From contig CAWKHF010000006.1 in assembly GCA_963849325.1 (NCBI GenBank), forward strand, positions 128,001-192,000: a stretch of DNA of 64,000 nucleotides, read 5' to 3'. The notes under the pieces are model-generated. The model had not been told where the DNA came from. It saw only the letters and a program-made list of their open reading frames with translations, and did not search any database. A program made the translations under genes and the position numbers. This stretch comes from an uncultured Planctomycetota bacterium. Its GTDB lineage: Bacteria > Planctomycetota > Planctomycetia > Gemmatales > Gemmataceae. Below, piece after piece: positions 63,655 to 64,000 of the stretch; within the stretch, counting starts at the first letter, position 1; every line of letters begins with the position of its first letter.

Positions 63655-63972
63655 ATGCCGCAACTGCTTGAGAGTGTGAGATCGCCTCTTGTCCGCCTCT
63701 CCGGCAATTCCCTGCCGTTACGCAGTGTCCGGCCTTCTCTGCTCGATGTGCGTTTCACCGGCGATCCCTGGGTGGTCGATCATCAGGACGGCTCGGCTTC
63801 TGTCCGGCTGGACGACTATCGCCTGGCTCGGATTGAAACGCTGGCCGTCGATGTGCCCTCCCTCAATCAACTCTTGCTGCAACTCCGTCAGTGGCAGATG
63901 CGCCGCCGTCTGTATTGCCAGATGCGCGCGCGCCGCGGCGAAACGATCGTGCGCAGTCAATCCATCCAGTAA
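63655..63972 (+). CDS. Hypothetical protein
   Basis: 105-codon ORF after AAGAAGGT; no recognised motif. Confidence 0.45.
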   Translation: MPQLLESVRSPLVRLSGNSLPLRSVRPSLLDVRFTGDPWVVDHQDGSASVRLDDYRLARIETLAVDVPSLNQLLLQLRQWQMRRRLYCQMRARRGETIVRSQSIQ

Positions 63973-64000
63973 TGTCCGACGAGGAGGCCGGCGCCGAAGG

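Noticed and set aside
1-64000. CRISPR array, tRNA or rRNA genes
   Set aside because: No regularly spaced repeats with unique spacers, no cas genes, no cloverleaf or rRNA signatures recognised.

Overview
GC-rich bacterial window. Gene content points to a Planctomycete, probably Gemmataceae-like: an ECF sigma factor paired with a Ser/Thr kinase, DUF1501, DUF4058, a secreted protein with a LE(T)LEDR signature, a giant WD40 protein and a HEAT-repeat protein. Many genes, including essential gyrB and dnaN, carry scattered 1-nt frameshifts. These look like long-read/assembly indel errors, so gene limits are approximate. Main content: a short dnaA-dnaN-DUF721-gyrB cluster, hisH, fabI, clpS, a toxin-antitoxin/nuclease-rich stretch (34-38.8 kb), a KamA radical SAM plus two ATP-grasp ligases with a divergent amino-acid permease, a DUF2294/response regulator/CsrA cassette, a triplicated DUF433/PIN module and a cyanophycin-related locus. 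Best leads: (1) an in-frame TGA at 49916 joining two ORFs into a SelN-like thioredoxin-fold protein, with a SECIS-like hairpin; (2) a terminator/antiterminator leader RNA between two divergent DUF2294 genes; (3) a CphA-like enzyme lacking its ATP-grasp domain; (4) a four-helix-bundle gene framed by inverted heptamer arrays, plus empty versions of that architecture; (5) a secreted Asn/Thr repeat protein next to a secreted papain-like protein; (6) a family of REP-like palindromes, one inserted in frame in the kinase. No rRNA, tRNA or CRISPR array was seen. All family calls come from motif recognition by eye, not from database searches.
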